Of a DNA stretch of 64,000 nucleotides, positions 39,292 to 48,926 are shown piece after piece. The DNA is taken from positions 1 through 64,000 of the forward strand of contig JABHQW010000002.1 in the NCBI GenBank assembly GCA_018696595.1. The letters are read 5' to 3'. The DNA comes from Candidatus Woesearchaeota archaeon (GTDB lineage: Archaea; Nanobdellota; Nanobdellia; Woesearchaeales; GW2011-AR9). Each line of letters starts with the position of its first letter. Position 1 is the stretch's first letter. The position numbers and the translations under genes were made by a program. Below the pieces are notes generated by a model, which saw only the letters and a program-made list of their open reading frames with translations, searched no databases and had not been told where the DNA came from.

Positions 39292-40851
39292 TTATCTTTG
39301 TGGTGGTCGCCAATTCGCTGCGTGTCTTGCAACTGCTCCTCTATGTGATCTATGTAAGTGGACAGCTGCTACATAAGGTTCTCCTCTAAAATATTTTAAT
39401 GCATGCGTTAAACCATTAAATTCGGGAGTACATCTTGGGTTGTCAATTTGTCCATATGGGTCTCCACAAATTATTATTTTTGTTCCACTATCTTGCCTTG
39501 AGGTAATTGTTTGCACCACATCTGGAAGATAATTTTGAACTTCGTCAAACACTAAAACCGTATTTTTCAAGGATCTTCCTCTCATAACGCCACTATGAGT
39601 TAATTCAATTGCTTCTCTATGGGCCGGGAGGTAAGCTTTTTTTCCTTTATTTTTGAAATAAAGATTTTCTGTTCTTGTTATGCCAAAGTCCCCAGGGAAT
39701 TTTGGATGTAAAAACATTTCTAAAAATGGAAAGGATTTCCCCATGGTTGTCATAGAATGTGCATCGTCATATGGTTTCAAGTGATCTTTAAGTTTAGCGT
39801 GCATTGCTCCAGGAAGAAATCCAATGTTTTCTCCTCCAACGGCACTTAATGATTTAAGTAAAATCATTCTTTCATATAATCCTTTATTTTTCCCAGGATT
39901 AGGATAACCTCTAAGTCTCTTTTCTTCTTCTGGATAAGATGATATCTGGTCTGCTGCTGCTGCATAACTTAGAATTGTTTTTCCACTACCTGCTCCCCCA
40001 GTAATAAAAGCAAGTTGGATGTTTGGATTTAAAAGTACATGTTGCATTGCTAAATATTGTTCAACATCTAATGCTTCAATTCCTAATACTCTTTTCATCT
40101 TAGATTTTCCAATGTTCAATTCAAAATTGCTGGGGATGTCAAGTAATTCTAATCTCGGAGAATTAACACTAGTAACTGCATTCCCATCTCTATTCCATAC
40201 TAAATCTCCTGTGACTTGTGCATAACGCCTATTTTTACCACCAATAAATTCTACAAATTGATTTTGATATAATTTTGATCCTTGTAATTCACAAGCTATT
40301 TCTAGGCTCATTGGATTACCTCCCATTCCAAATATTTCTGCAGATAATTCATCAGAAGCTGTAGCAATCCATTCTTCTGCTATCTCTGGTCCAATAACCA
40401 AAAATAGTGGCTTTTCAATTTTAATTCCTCTACTTTCATATTTAATCTGTAAATCGGCTTCTCCTGTTAGTAATGTTGGTCTTCCAGATTCTGATTTAAA
40501 GACTTTAGAAATTTTTTCTTCTAAGGTAGTCATTGAAAACCTACTTTTGTCACAGATGGGTTTATCTACTAAAGCAATGTCTAATCCTTCGCTTGCATGA
40601 TAAAGTGCCACGCCATCTTCTGTTGGGATTCTTTCTGATCTTCTTTGAATTCTTCTGATTTTATTTACAAATTTGTCAGCATCTCCTCCACGGCCGTTTT
40701 TTGCTTGGGAATGTAAATGATTAATAAATGGTAATGGGATCACTACTAAATTTTTATGGTCCTCTTTGGTTAATTCTTCTAATATTGTAGAACCTGCTTC
40801 TTCGTACACATCAGTAAAAGGTACAAAAACTTCATGATATCTCTCTGCCAT
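39292..40851 (-). CDS. PhoH-family ATPase/RNA helicase with degenerate N-terminal PIN-like domain
   Basis: GGAGSGKT, IGFLPG, MRGRSL, DEVQN, CGDPYGQID and SHRG. Confidence 0.85.
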   Translation of the reverse strand: MAERYHEVFVPFTDVYEEAGSTILEELTKEDHKNLVVIPLPFINHLHSQAKNGRGGDADKFVNKIRRIQRRSERIPTEDGVALYHASEGLDIALVDKPICDKSRFSMTTLEEKISKVFKSESGRPTLLTGEADLQIKYESRGIKIEKPLFLVIGPEIAEEWIATASDELSAEIFGMGGNPMSLEIACELQGSKLYQNQFVEFIGGKNRRYAQVTGDLVWNRDGNAVTSVNSPRLELLDIPSNFELNIGKSKMKRVLGIEALDVEQYLAMQHVLLNPNIQLAFITGGAGSGKTILSYAAAADQISSYPEEEKRLRGYPNPGKNKGLYERMILLKSLSAVGGENIGFLPGAMHAKLKDHLKPYDDAHSMTTMGKSFPFLEMFLHPKFPGDFGITRTENLYFKNKGKKAYLPAHREAIELTHSGVMRGRSLKNTVLVFDEVQNYLPDVVQTITSRQDSGTKIIICGDPYGQIDNPRCTPEFNGLTHALKYFRGEPYVAAVHLHRSHRGAVARHAANWRPPQR

Positions 40852-40856
40852 CTATC

Positions 40857-41378
40857 TCACTTTGTCAAGGCTCTTTCCAGCTGCCCATAATTCTGATTCA
40901 AAGCATCTATGGTTCTTATCCTTGCTTTATCTTCCATCACCCAATGATATAATTGTGATCCTTGCCTTTTTAATCTGTCTGAAAAATCTTTTCTATGACC
41001 TCTAGTTAATTTTTCTACTAACTTAGATAATAAACCACTAGGTATTGTTGTATCTGGAACAACCCCCTCTTCTACTGCCTGTTGAATATAATCACTCAAA
41101 ACTGGGTTAACTTGTCCCTTTAATTCACACAAGTGACTGTAGGGGTCAGAACTATTACATGCCATTATAGAATTCTCTAATTCTTCATAAGTAGACCGAA
41201 GTTCTTCTAATTCTCTCTCTCTACCTAATTGTTTTGTTTGAGGTTGAAAAGATATTAATCCTTTTACCACAGAATAAGCAACAATTTGTGACAAATCTCT
41301 TTCGTTATCTACATGTGTAGATAATTGTCTAAACAAATGGTAAAATTGCCTATTAGAACTCTTTGTGGGGTTCGTCAT
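40857..41378 (-). CDS. Hypothetical helical protein, co-oriented 5 bp upstream of the PhoH-like gene
   Basis: ORF and tight spacing. Confidence 0.6.
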   Translation of the reverse strand: MTNPTKSSNRQFYHLFRQLSTHVDNERDLSQIVAYSVVKGLISFQPQTKQLGRERELEELRSTYEELENSIMACNSSDPYSHLCELKGQVNPVLSDYIQQAVEEGVVPDTTIPSGLLSKLVEKLTRGHRKDFSDRLKRQGSQLYHWVMEDKARIRTIDALNQNYGQLERALTK

Positions 41379-41427
41379 GAATTATTAGAACAGCAATTTA
41401 AATATAAATACTTCTGTCCTCAAAACT

Positions 41428-42252
41428 TCACTTCACAACACTTTCTAAGGCTTTAATACCAACTTCTAACTGTTTATCACTTGGTTCTTTAGTAGTGATT
41501 CTTTGCAACCATAATCCTGGGGCAATGAAAATTTTTATCAAGAAATTATTTTTGTACTTGCCACTTAATTTAATAAATTCATAACTAATTCCCGCAATTA
41601 TTGGTAATAATAAAATCCTGCCAATAAATTTGATCCATAATGGCCCTCTGATTAGGGTAAATAAAACTACAGATAAAATTAATACTACAAATAAGAATGA
41701 AGTTCCGCATCTTGGATGGAATCGTGAATACTTTTTAACATTGTGAACATTTAAATCTTCTTTAGCTTCATAACAAGCAATGCACTTGTGTTCTGCTCCA
41801 TGATATCGAAATAATGTTTTTACATCTTTCATCATTGAGATTACAGTTAAATAACCTAAGAATAGGACAATTCTAATAACGCCATCAAGAACATCAAACC
41901 AAACCCCATCTGAATGGATCCAATTTGCTGCAAAGAAAGGTAATGCTACAAAAATTAGGATTGCAAATAACATTGAAAATGTAATTGTGCCAATAATTTC
42001 TTTTTTAGTAAGTTTTTCTTCAACTTCTAATTGTTGGTTACTGCTCCAGATTAAGGCTTTAATGCCATCATAAAGAGTGTATCCTAATCCAACAATTCCT
42101 CTGATGAACGGTTTTTGAAAGAATTTTGGGAACTTGCTGCTTTCTTCTTTCTTAATTTTGATGTTGCCTTCTTTTGTTCTTACAGCTACTGCGAACTTAC
42201 TTTTGTTACGCATCATAACTCCTTCAATTACTGCTTGGCCCCCTACATCCAT
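41428..42252 (-). CDS. DUF1385 membrane protein (putative metal-dependent enzyme)
   Basis: VGGQAVIEGVMMR, FRYHGAEHK, RFHPRCGTSF and QRITTKEP. Confidence 0.92.
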   Translation of the reverse strand: MDVGGQAVIEGVMMRNKSKFAVAVRTKEGNIKIKKEESSKFPKFFQKPFIRGIVGLGYTLYDGIKALIWSSNQQLEVEEKLTKKEIIGTITFSMLFAILIFVALPFFAANWIHSDGVWFDVLDGVIRIVLFLGYLTVISMMKDVKTLFRYHGAEHKCIACYEAKEDLNVHNVKKYSRFHPRCGTSFLFVVLILSVVLFTLIRGPLWIKFIGRILLLPIIAGISYEFIKLSGKYKNNFLIKIFIAPGLWLQRITTKEPSDKQLEVGIKALESVVK

Positions 42253-42306
42253 AGAATTATAAGAGTTATTAGAATATATAAATGTATTGGAGAAGAGGGG
42301 AAAATA

Positions 42307-44775
42307 CTAAAAGAAACCGCCTAACCCTTGCTGAGAACTATCAGAAGAGAATTCTTCCTCACTGATTCCTAAAACTAAGAAAATGCTATTTACAGCAGGA
42401 ATTAATTGATTATTCAGATAATAATCAGCATCATAATCTCCTTCAGAAACTTCCTCTAACAACCTGGCTCTTTCTCGAACTAATCCAGTGCCTTTGGCAA
42501 TAATATATTCAACAACCATTCCGGGAGAAACTTTAACGCCTTGCTCTAACAATCTTAATGCTACTGCAACATGCGGCCCAATAGAAATATAGTTTTGCAA
42601 TTCTTTAGTAATCTGAGTTTTAATAATTAATTTCTTTTTTTTAATCTCACCATTCCTCAATTTCTCAACAACTTCTTTAACATATTCAAGGGCTTCATCT
42701 TTTTTATCATTAAGAACTAACTCCAAAACTTTCTCTTGTAATTCTTTGGCAAGCAAGGACCAGTTTCTTCTTACCATTTCAAACCCAGTAATTTTCATTT
42801 TACCTTCATCTGATAATAAAGCATACTTTTTCTTTGCCCCTTTATCGGACCCTTTAATTGCAACAAAGATTCCTTTTGGATAATGTCCTTCATACTCTAA
42901 TTCCATATGTCCCGGCAGATCAAAATTAATTTCGTTCATGAATGTCATTGCTTCATCTTTAATTTTATCTCCAAGAAGCAAGAAACAAGAATCTGTGTCT
43001 GCATAAATTACTTCAAAACCTTTTTCTTTAGCTTTTTCAATTGTTCTTTTAATATAATCTCGAGCGTAAGCGGTTGTTGATCGAGCACATTCAATACAGT
43101 ACCAGCGAGCACCAAAGAAACCTAAATATCCGTAAAATGAATTGGCAAGAGTTTTCAATGCGTAAGATCGGGCATCTAAAATACTAGTACTTTCTCCTTT
43201 TTCTTTTGTTTTTTTAATCAATCTTTTCAAATCAACTCTTCTTAAAACTAATCTTTCTAAAACTTTAGATAAAAATGATTTTTTATTTGTACAGAACCAA
43301 TATTCTTCTTGTTCAGGAACTTTAGCTTTTTCTTTACAACAATCACAGGCTAAACTTTCTGGTCCGATATTGTGGGCAGTAATAATTGTTGGATAAAGTG
43401 AACGGAAATCAAAGATCATTATGTCATCATATAATCCCGGAGTGGGTTCATAAACAAATGCACCTTGGAAGGTTTCTTCATTTCTTTGTTCGATCTCGCT
43501 TCTTCCTGGCTTATTGGGGGCTAAAACATTATCTTCAATTGCTCTTTTTAGAATATAATTCTCTACTAATCTGCTAAATCGCATTCTAGTTATATCAAAT
43601 AGTGGTAAGCCAATAATTTTAGCAAACTCAATCATATCAAACATTAATTTTTGACATAACTGTAATGCCAAGTATGCGTCCTGCAAATTATATTCACAGA
43701 ATTCTTCTAACTGTTCTGGGTTATTATCCCAGGCATTGGCAAGATCGGAAATGTCTACATCATGCTTCTGGTGATTTAATAATTCTTTAGAAACAGAGTC
43801 TAAAGAAAAACTTTCTGTTTTAAGATTTTTACCAAAAATATAACGGATGAACTTGAAAATATCTATATGTAAAATTCCATTGATTTTACTTTTTCCTTCT
43901 CTGAAGTCTGTTTTACTTCCAGCACTAAGTTCTGAATAATCTAAGCCGATATCTAATTTAACTTTGTATTTGTCTGCTCTTGTTTTAATATAAGGGAAGT
44001 CAAAACCATCTGAGAAATATCCTGTTAATATGTCCGGTTTGTAATCAAGAATAACTTCTCGAAATCTTTTTAACAATTCAACTTCATCACTAACAACTTC
44101 AAGATAATCTAACTTATTCTCAAATCTTTTCCAAGTTAAGACTTTTTTGAACGGTTTATTATCTTCATCAATTCCATAAAAGCCGATCATCAAGATTGGA
44201 TCCTTTTCTGGGTTGATTGATTTCTGTTTAGCGTATGTTTCAATATCTATTGATAAAATTTTTAACTTCTTTACAGATTCTTTACTAAGCGGTTCAACAT
44301 TTTCTGCCAAAAAGATTGGGACTCTCGTTTTCTTATCCTCAACAAAATCTCCTTCTACTTTAACTAAAGTCATTGGCGAGATCCTTTTATCTCGCAGATA
44401 GCGATGAATGTAAAAGATATCTTTTTCATAACAATCCAGGCCCCAAGAAGAAACTTCTTTACTAATAATTGAAACTGCTTTTGGTTGGTTAACATAAATC
44501 TTCCAGAAATCACTTTTCTTGCCTAACAGTTCTTTTTCTATTGATTCCCATTTGATTACTTTTGCTGGTTCGGAATTCGTTGGAAGCTCTAATGATTTTA
44601 ATCTTTTTTTCAATTGTTCTAAATGGATGTTATGGACTTTAGCGTAGAAATAAGGTAAATAATGTTGAATCACGCAAACTTTTGTATTATCTTCTAGCTT
44701 ACCATACATGTAAACGTAAGGTTGGCCTTCTCTAACTTTGTACTCAAATTCTAACGGGAAGAAGTGTATTTCCAT
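42307..44775 (-). CDS. polB: Family B DNA polymerase, intein-free
   Basis: ExoI SIDIET, ExoII FDFPY, ExoIII YNLQDA, plus DFRSLYPTII, KTLANSFYGY and YADTDS. Confidence 0.96.
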   Translation of the reverse strand: MEIHFFPLEFEYKVREGQPYVYMYGKLEDNTKVCVIQHYLPYFYAKVHNIHLEQLKKRLKSLELPTNSEPAKVIKWESIEKELLGKKSDFWKIYVNQPKAVSIISKEVSSWGLDCYEKDIFYIHRYLRDKRISPMTLVKVEGDFVEDKKTRVPIFLAENVEPLSKESVKKLKILSIDIETYAKQKSINPEKDPILMIGFYGIDEDNKPFKKVLTWKRFENKLDYLEVVSDEVELLKRFREVILDYKPDILTGYFSDGFDFPYIKTRADKYKVKLDIGLDYSELSAGSKTDFREGKSKINGILHIDIFKFIRYIFGKNLKTESFSLDSVSKELLNHQKHDVDISDLANAWDNNPEQLEEFCEYNLQDAYLALQLCQKLMFDMIEFAKIIGLPLFDITRMRFSRLVENYILKRAIEDNVLAPNKPGRSEIEQRNEETFQGAFVYEPTPGLYDDIMIFDFRSLYPTIITAHNIGPESLACDCCKEKAKVPEQEEYWFCTNKKSFLSKVLERLVLRRVDLKRLIKKTKEKGESTSILDARSYALKTLANSFYGYLGFFGARWYCIECARSTTAYARDYIKRTIEKAKEKGFEVIYADTDSCFLLLGDKIKDEAMTFMNEINFDLPGHMELEYEGHYPKGIFVAIKGSDKGAKKKYALLSDEGKMKITGFEMVRRNWSLLAKELQEKVLELVLNDKKDEALEYVKEVVEKLRNGEIKKKKLIIKTQITKELQNYISIGPHVAVALRLLEQGVKVSPGMVVEYIIAKGTGLVRERARLLEEVSEGDYDADYYLNNQLIPAVNSIFLVLGISEEEFSSDSSQQGLGGFF

Positions 44776-44844
44776 TATTGTTTTCAGGGGGAAGTTGATT
44801 TATAAACATTGTGAAGAAAATGGCAATGTTTTGAATAAGGAACA

Positions 44845-44976
44845 TTTGTATACTGCGTGCCGGCGCGTGGATTTTTGGAGTAGCGCTAAAGGAGGCACAT
44901 TTTACGAATCTTATGAGTAAAATCTAGGGTGCCGTGCCCTACTCCAAAAATGCGCCTATTGCAGGCAGTATACAAA
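44845..44976 (+). repeat. Nested family A palindromic element: an inverted copy occupies the loop of an outer copy
   Basis: Perfect 12-bp outer stem (44845..44856/44965..44976), GGCGC/GCGCC, and a 13-bp stem (44871..44883/44939..44951). Inner 44884..44938 on the minus strand matches the 36692..36743 core. Confidence 0.8.
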
Positions 44977-45038
44977 ATAGTGTTATTCTAAACAAAGACA
45001 AAGAAAAATTTAAATAAATCAACTTCTTACCTATTGGA

Positions 45039-45221
45039 GTGGGTGGTAAAACTAAAAAGAGGATTGATACTAGAAACAATAAACGTCTAGATGTGTTTCT
45101 CTCGGATTTGCAAATTGAACAAGAAAAGAAAGAACAGATTATTAATTATGTTGAAGATTTGACTCAGGGAGTTATTAGTAAAAGAAAACAGCCCACGTTG
45201 AGATTAAACAAACCTAAATGA
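45039..45221 (+). CDS. Small hypothetical protein (60 aa, GTG start)
   Basis: ORF preceded by a TTTAAATA box. No family recognised. Confidence 0.4.
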   Translation: MGGKTKKRIDTRNNKRLDVFLSDLQIEQEKKEQIINYVEDLTQGVISKRKQPTLRLNKPK

Positions 45222-45248
45222 TGCAGATAGAAATTCTACTTAAGAAGT

Positions 45249-45794
45249 TCAAGGGATTCTTCTAATAGTTTTTAATAAATAATTATCTTTATCTTCTTTT
45301 GACTTTTCTTTCTTAGCACCTTTCCCTTGTTTCTCTACTTTTTCATCAGACTTAGTTTCTTGTTCCTTATTATCTTTAAGAACATTGTCCAACTCTTTAT
45401 TTAGGGTCATTAATGCAGTTTCCATCTCATCTTCCATTAATTGTTTAGGGGCCCAAGTTAAATCCAGTCCATCTTCTTCTCTTCTTGGAATGATATCAAT
45501 GGAGAAATGGGGGACATTCTGATTTGCTCCTAATCCATTTTTAATTAAGATATTTGTACCTTGTGCAGCCAGCCCGTCAAAAACAGCAACGCCAACTTTA
45601 TTTGCTAGATTTGCACACTTTTCTAAAATGTTATTTGGTACTAATTCTAAGATTGTGAAATGTTCTTTTGGAAATACTGTTACTTGACCAGGGCTTACAG
45701 CTAAATCTTTGATCGCAACAACTACTTCATTGTCTTCAAAAATAATTTTTGCTTTACTGTTCCCATTAATGATATCGCAATGTTCGCATTTCAT
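45249..45794 (-). CDS. HIT-family protein with degenerate triad (HFSID)
   Basis: CEHC, IFEDNEV, GQVTVFPKEH and GANQNVPHFSIDIIPR. Confidence 0.85.
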   Translation of the reverse strand: MKCEHCDIINGNSKAKIIFEDNEVVVAIKDLAVSPGQVTVFPKEHFTILELVPNNILEKCANLANKVGVAVFDGLAAQGTNILIKNGLGANQNVPHFSIDIIPRREEDGLDLTWAPKQLMEDEMETALMTLNKELDNVLKDNKEQETKSDEKVEKQGKGAKKEKSKEDKDNYLLKTIRRIP

Positions 45795-45803
45795 TTTATT
45801 ATT

Positions 45804-46574
45804 TTATTTGAATAAGTTAGCTATGTCATCAAGACTAGCATCCCCTTTACTTTCTGGTTCGGCTTTTACTTCAGATTCTTTTTCATCGCCTTCACTTTCT
45901 TTCCCTTCGTCAGTGTCTTCAGTTTCATCTTCACTTTCTTTCTCTTCGTCAGTGTCTTCAGTTTCATCTTCACTTTCTTTTTCTTCAGGCTCTATTTCTT
46001 TCTCTTCTTTAGTTTCATGTTCTTCTTTTTCTTCGGCCTTAACTTCAAGAACTTCTTTCTTAATTCCCATTAATTCATTGAACTTAACTTCCACCAATGA
46101 AGCAACTTTTTCAATCATCTCATTATCAATTAACCTTTCTTCAATATTAAATATTCCGTCACCATCTTTTCTGGGAATAATGTGAATCATAAAGTGTTGT
46201 GCTTTTTGTCCAGCAACTAAGCCATTAGCAATAAAAACACTAGTGCCAGAAACTTTTAGGGCTTTTAACAATAATTGTGACATCTTTTTAGCAATCGTAA
46301 ACAGATGTTTGATTTCCTTTTCAGGAATTTGTGGCATAATGGCGTAATGTTCTTTTGGTATCAATAATAAGTGTCCTTTTGTAGCCGGATTAATATCAAG
46401 AATAACAATACAAGTATCATCTTCAAAGATTTTTTTACTGGGGATCTTTCCTGAAATTAATTGGCAGAAGATACATTGTTGTTTTTGAAATTCCATTAAC
46501 TCTTCAGGAGACATCTTCTTTAGTTTTTCTTCTAACTCTTTACGTTGCTCTTCCGTCAAGTCTTGTGGATTCAT
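45804..46574 (-). CDS. HIT-family protein (triad HFMIH) with long acidic tail
   Basis: CIFC, KIFEDD, LDINPATKGHLLLIPKEH and AGQKAQHFMIHIIPR. Confidence 0.88.
   Translation of the reverse strand: MNPQDLTEEQRKELEEKLKKMSPEELMEFQKQQCIFCQLISGKIPSKKIFEDDTCIVILDINPATKGHLLLIPKEHYAIMPQIPEKEIKHLFTIAKKMSQLLLKALKVSGTSVFIANGLVAGQKAQHFMIHIIPRKDGDGIFNIEERLIDNEMIEKVASLVEVKFNELMGIKKEVLEVKAEEKEEHETKEEKEIEPEEKESEDETEDTDEEKESEDETEDTDEGKESEGDEKESEVKAEPESKGDASLDDIANLFK
45905..45980. repeat. In-frame 39-bp tandem duplication (EKESEDETEDTDE) in the HIT acidic tail
   Basis: CTTCGTCAGTGTCTTCAGTTTCATCTTCACTTTCTTT at 45905 and 45944. Confidence 0.9.
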
Positions 46575-46715
46575 ATTATTAGGATTTGTTCAAGTGTTTA
46601 TAAAATTAATCTCAAGGGAGACATCACTCCAGAGTGATAAAATACAAAAACTTTATAAATCACCCTTCATTTTTAAGCTTAAGTTTAAATAATATAATAT
46701 TTGTGGTGATTAATA

Positions 46716-47540
46716 ATGGGAAATAATGATAATAACGATGATGGAAATAAAAGGTATAAATTAAATTTACTTCGTTCATATTTTAGTGGCTTACTATTGA
46801 CCTCTGAAATTCTTGTAAGAGATCCAGTAACAGATTCTAGTCGTGAACAGTGTACATCTGTCAGAGGTGATCATGATCCCGTAGATTTACTTAATTTTAG
46901 AATTGATGATCTTGGATTTGATCCTTATCTTAAAGTTAAAAATAAGGAAAGTTATTTGGCGGGCATTCCTGTAATTAAAGAACCAGACTTTGGTGCACAT
47001 GATCCTTTTGGCAAGGTGGATGATCCTTGTGGATTAGCTTTACAAAATTTCTCTTTTTATTCTGGGATTAAAACAGAAACAAATCCATCAGAATTCGGGA
47101 TTGATTCAAATGGTGAAATCGTTCTAGATGATGAGTTAACTCCTCAAGAACTGCGAATGCTAAGAAAAGCTTTAGCAAGAGATCATATCACGGGAGATTG
47201 TTATAATCCAGTTGATGGCCCAGATAATGATTGTAATGGACCAGTAACAGGGGAAGAATCTCCTGTTCCAGGAATTATTTTTGATTTTGATGGTCCTTGT
47301 TACGGTCATCCCTGTACTGATGAAGTTTCTGAATATATTGTTCATCCTGTTGATGGCCTAGATAATTCTAAAATTAATCCTGTTAAGGAATCATTTTCTC
47401 CAGATGTTGATCTTGATTCAAAGGTTATTAAGCTTTCACGATTTAAGATGCCATCTATTGAAGAAATTTCTGTTGAGAAATTGGATCAATTTTATGATAA
47501 GTTGATGAATCCTAACTTTGATCCTGATGATGAAGAATAG
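46716..47540 (+). CDS. Hypothetical acidic protein (274 aa)
   Basis: Asp/Pro-rich ORF with an internal PVDG(P/L)DN duplication. No family recognised. Confidence 0.6.
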   Translation: MGNNDNNDDGNKRYKLNLLRSYFSGLLLTSEILVRDPVTDSSREQCTSVRGDHDPVDLLNFRIDDLGFDPYLKVKNKESYLAGIPVIKEPDFGAHDPFGKVDDPCGLALQNFSFYSGIKTETNPSEFGIDSNGEIVLDDELTPQELRMLRKALARDHITGDCYNPVDGPDNDCNGPVTGEESPVPGIIFDFDGPCYGHPCTDEVSEYIVHPVDGLDNSKINPVKESFSPDVDLDSKVIKLSRFKMPSIEEISVEKLDQFYDKLMNPNFDPDDEE

Positions 47541-47615
47541 TTTTCTTTCTTCTTTATTTTTTAATTAATTATATTTAGTTTTAATTAGATCATAAGAAAA
47601 AATAAAAATAAAAAA

Positions 47616-48179
47616 TTATACTTTGGAAAAACTTTCTAACTTAGTTTCAAAGCCTGCAATACCTTTTAGGATGGCTTCAGTTGAGCTTAACCATTTTATT
47701 AAATCTGCAATGCCTTCTTGAGCATCTGCAAATAGTTTGGTTAATCCTGCATGGATCTTTTCTTTTCTTTCATCATCCTTAAACTTTTCCAATAATTGTT
47801 CATGGGTTTCTATTTTATGTAGATCGTCTCTTAACTCTCCTGTGAACATGGAAGCTGCTTCTAACAATTTTCCTTCTGCAATCTCTAATTGTTTCAATAA
47901 CTTCTCTTCTTCTGCCTTCAGTTCATTAGGAAGAATTTCGCCCAAGCTTTCTAAATCATCAAAGATTTTATGTTCGGTACGGTCAACTTTTCTTTGACCT
48001 CGACCAATCCAACGTAGAATCTTAAATCCTTTTCTAATATCCTTATGCGCATCTTGTGGTTCTTCTTTCTCAATTTTCTCTAAATCTAAGTGTAGCCTCT
48101 TAGCAAAACCATACTCTGCAGCGACTAAACCTATTGCTTCTTCAATATGTTTTTTTAACTTTTGTAAATCATCAGACAT
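47616..48179 (-). CDS. Hypothetical coiled-coil protein
   Basis: Heptad-rich helical ORF with an upstream GAGGTGA RBS. Confidence 0.65.
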   Translation of the reverse strand: MSDDLQKLKKHIEEAIGLVAAEYGFAKRLHLDLEKIEKEEPQDAHKDIRKGFKILRWIGRGQRKVDRTEHKIFDDLESLGEILPNELKAEEEKLLKQLEIAEGKLLEAASMFTGELRDDLHKIETHEQLLEKFKDDERKEKIHAGLTKLFADAQEGIADLIKWLSSTEAILKGIAGFETKLESFSKV

Positions 48180-48273
48180 AATTATTCACCTCATTTAATA
48201 TTATGATTTTGTTGTTTGATTATATAAAAGTTGTGGGTTTTTTGACTGATGATGCAAATAGCAATTCTATTTA

Positions 48274-48903
48274 TCAATACTCTACTCCTCTTCTAGCCAT
48301 CTGGCCTTTATCAAAATAATGTTTTCTGGGCATCATTTCTGTTATTAAATCAGCGATTACTTTTATTTCTTCTGGGGCATCCCGGCCAGTTAAAACTAAT
48401 TCTGTGTGGACTGGCTTTTTCTCGATTAGTTCCATTACTTCGGCAATATCTAATAAACCTAGGGCCATCGCCACATTAATCTCATCCAAAATAACTAATT
48501 GGTATTGTCCTGAATTAACCACTTCCAATGTTTTTTTAAATGCTTCTTTAGCATAATCTTTCTGAATTTCATCATTCAAGAAACAGTAACGGCAGGTTCC
48601 ACAATCAATATCATCACGGATAAAATCAAACAAAGTTTTATCTCTACTTCCTTTCTGACTAAATCCATCAATCTTAAGCTGTTTCTGTTGTTTTATGCAT
48701 GGTCGGCCAAACTGGGCAATGTCCATTTTTGGAAGGTAATTCTTGATAGCAATATATTCTCCAGTGTAAGCGCCACCTTTCATAAACTGAACTACAAAAA
48801 CCTTAAATCCTTGCCCAATTGCTCTCATCCCTAAACCTAGAGCGGCGGTAGTTTTACCTTTACCTTCTCCAGTATAAACATGTATTAACCCTCTTTTAGA
48901 CAT
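48274..48903 (-). CDS. cobO: Cob(I)alamin adenosyltransferase, CobO/BtuR type, with Cys-rich insert
   Basis: HVYTGEGKGKTTAALG, VVQFMKG, VILDEI, ELVLTGRDAP, KHYFDKG and RRGVEY. Confidence 0.93.
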   Translation of the reverse strand: MSKRGLIHVYTGEGKGKTTAALGLGMRAIGQGFKVFVVQFMKGGAYTGEYIAIKNYLPKMDIAQFGRPCIKQQKQLKIDGFSQKGSRDKTLFDFIRDDIDCGTCRYCFLNDEIQKDYAKEAFKKTLEVVNSGQYQLVILDEINVAMALGLLDIAEVMELIEKKPVHTELVLTGRDAPEEIKVIADLITEMMPRKHYFDKGQMARRGVEY

Positions 48904-48926
48904 TGTTATTTTGTGTATTTTAAATT

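Noticed and set aside
45709-46185. Ser-rich plus-strand ORF
   Set aside because: Antisense of the acidic HIT tail; low-complexity artefact.
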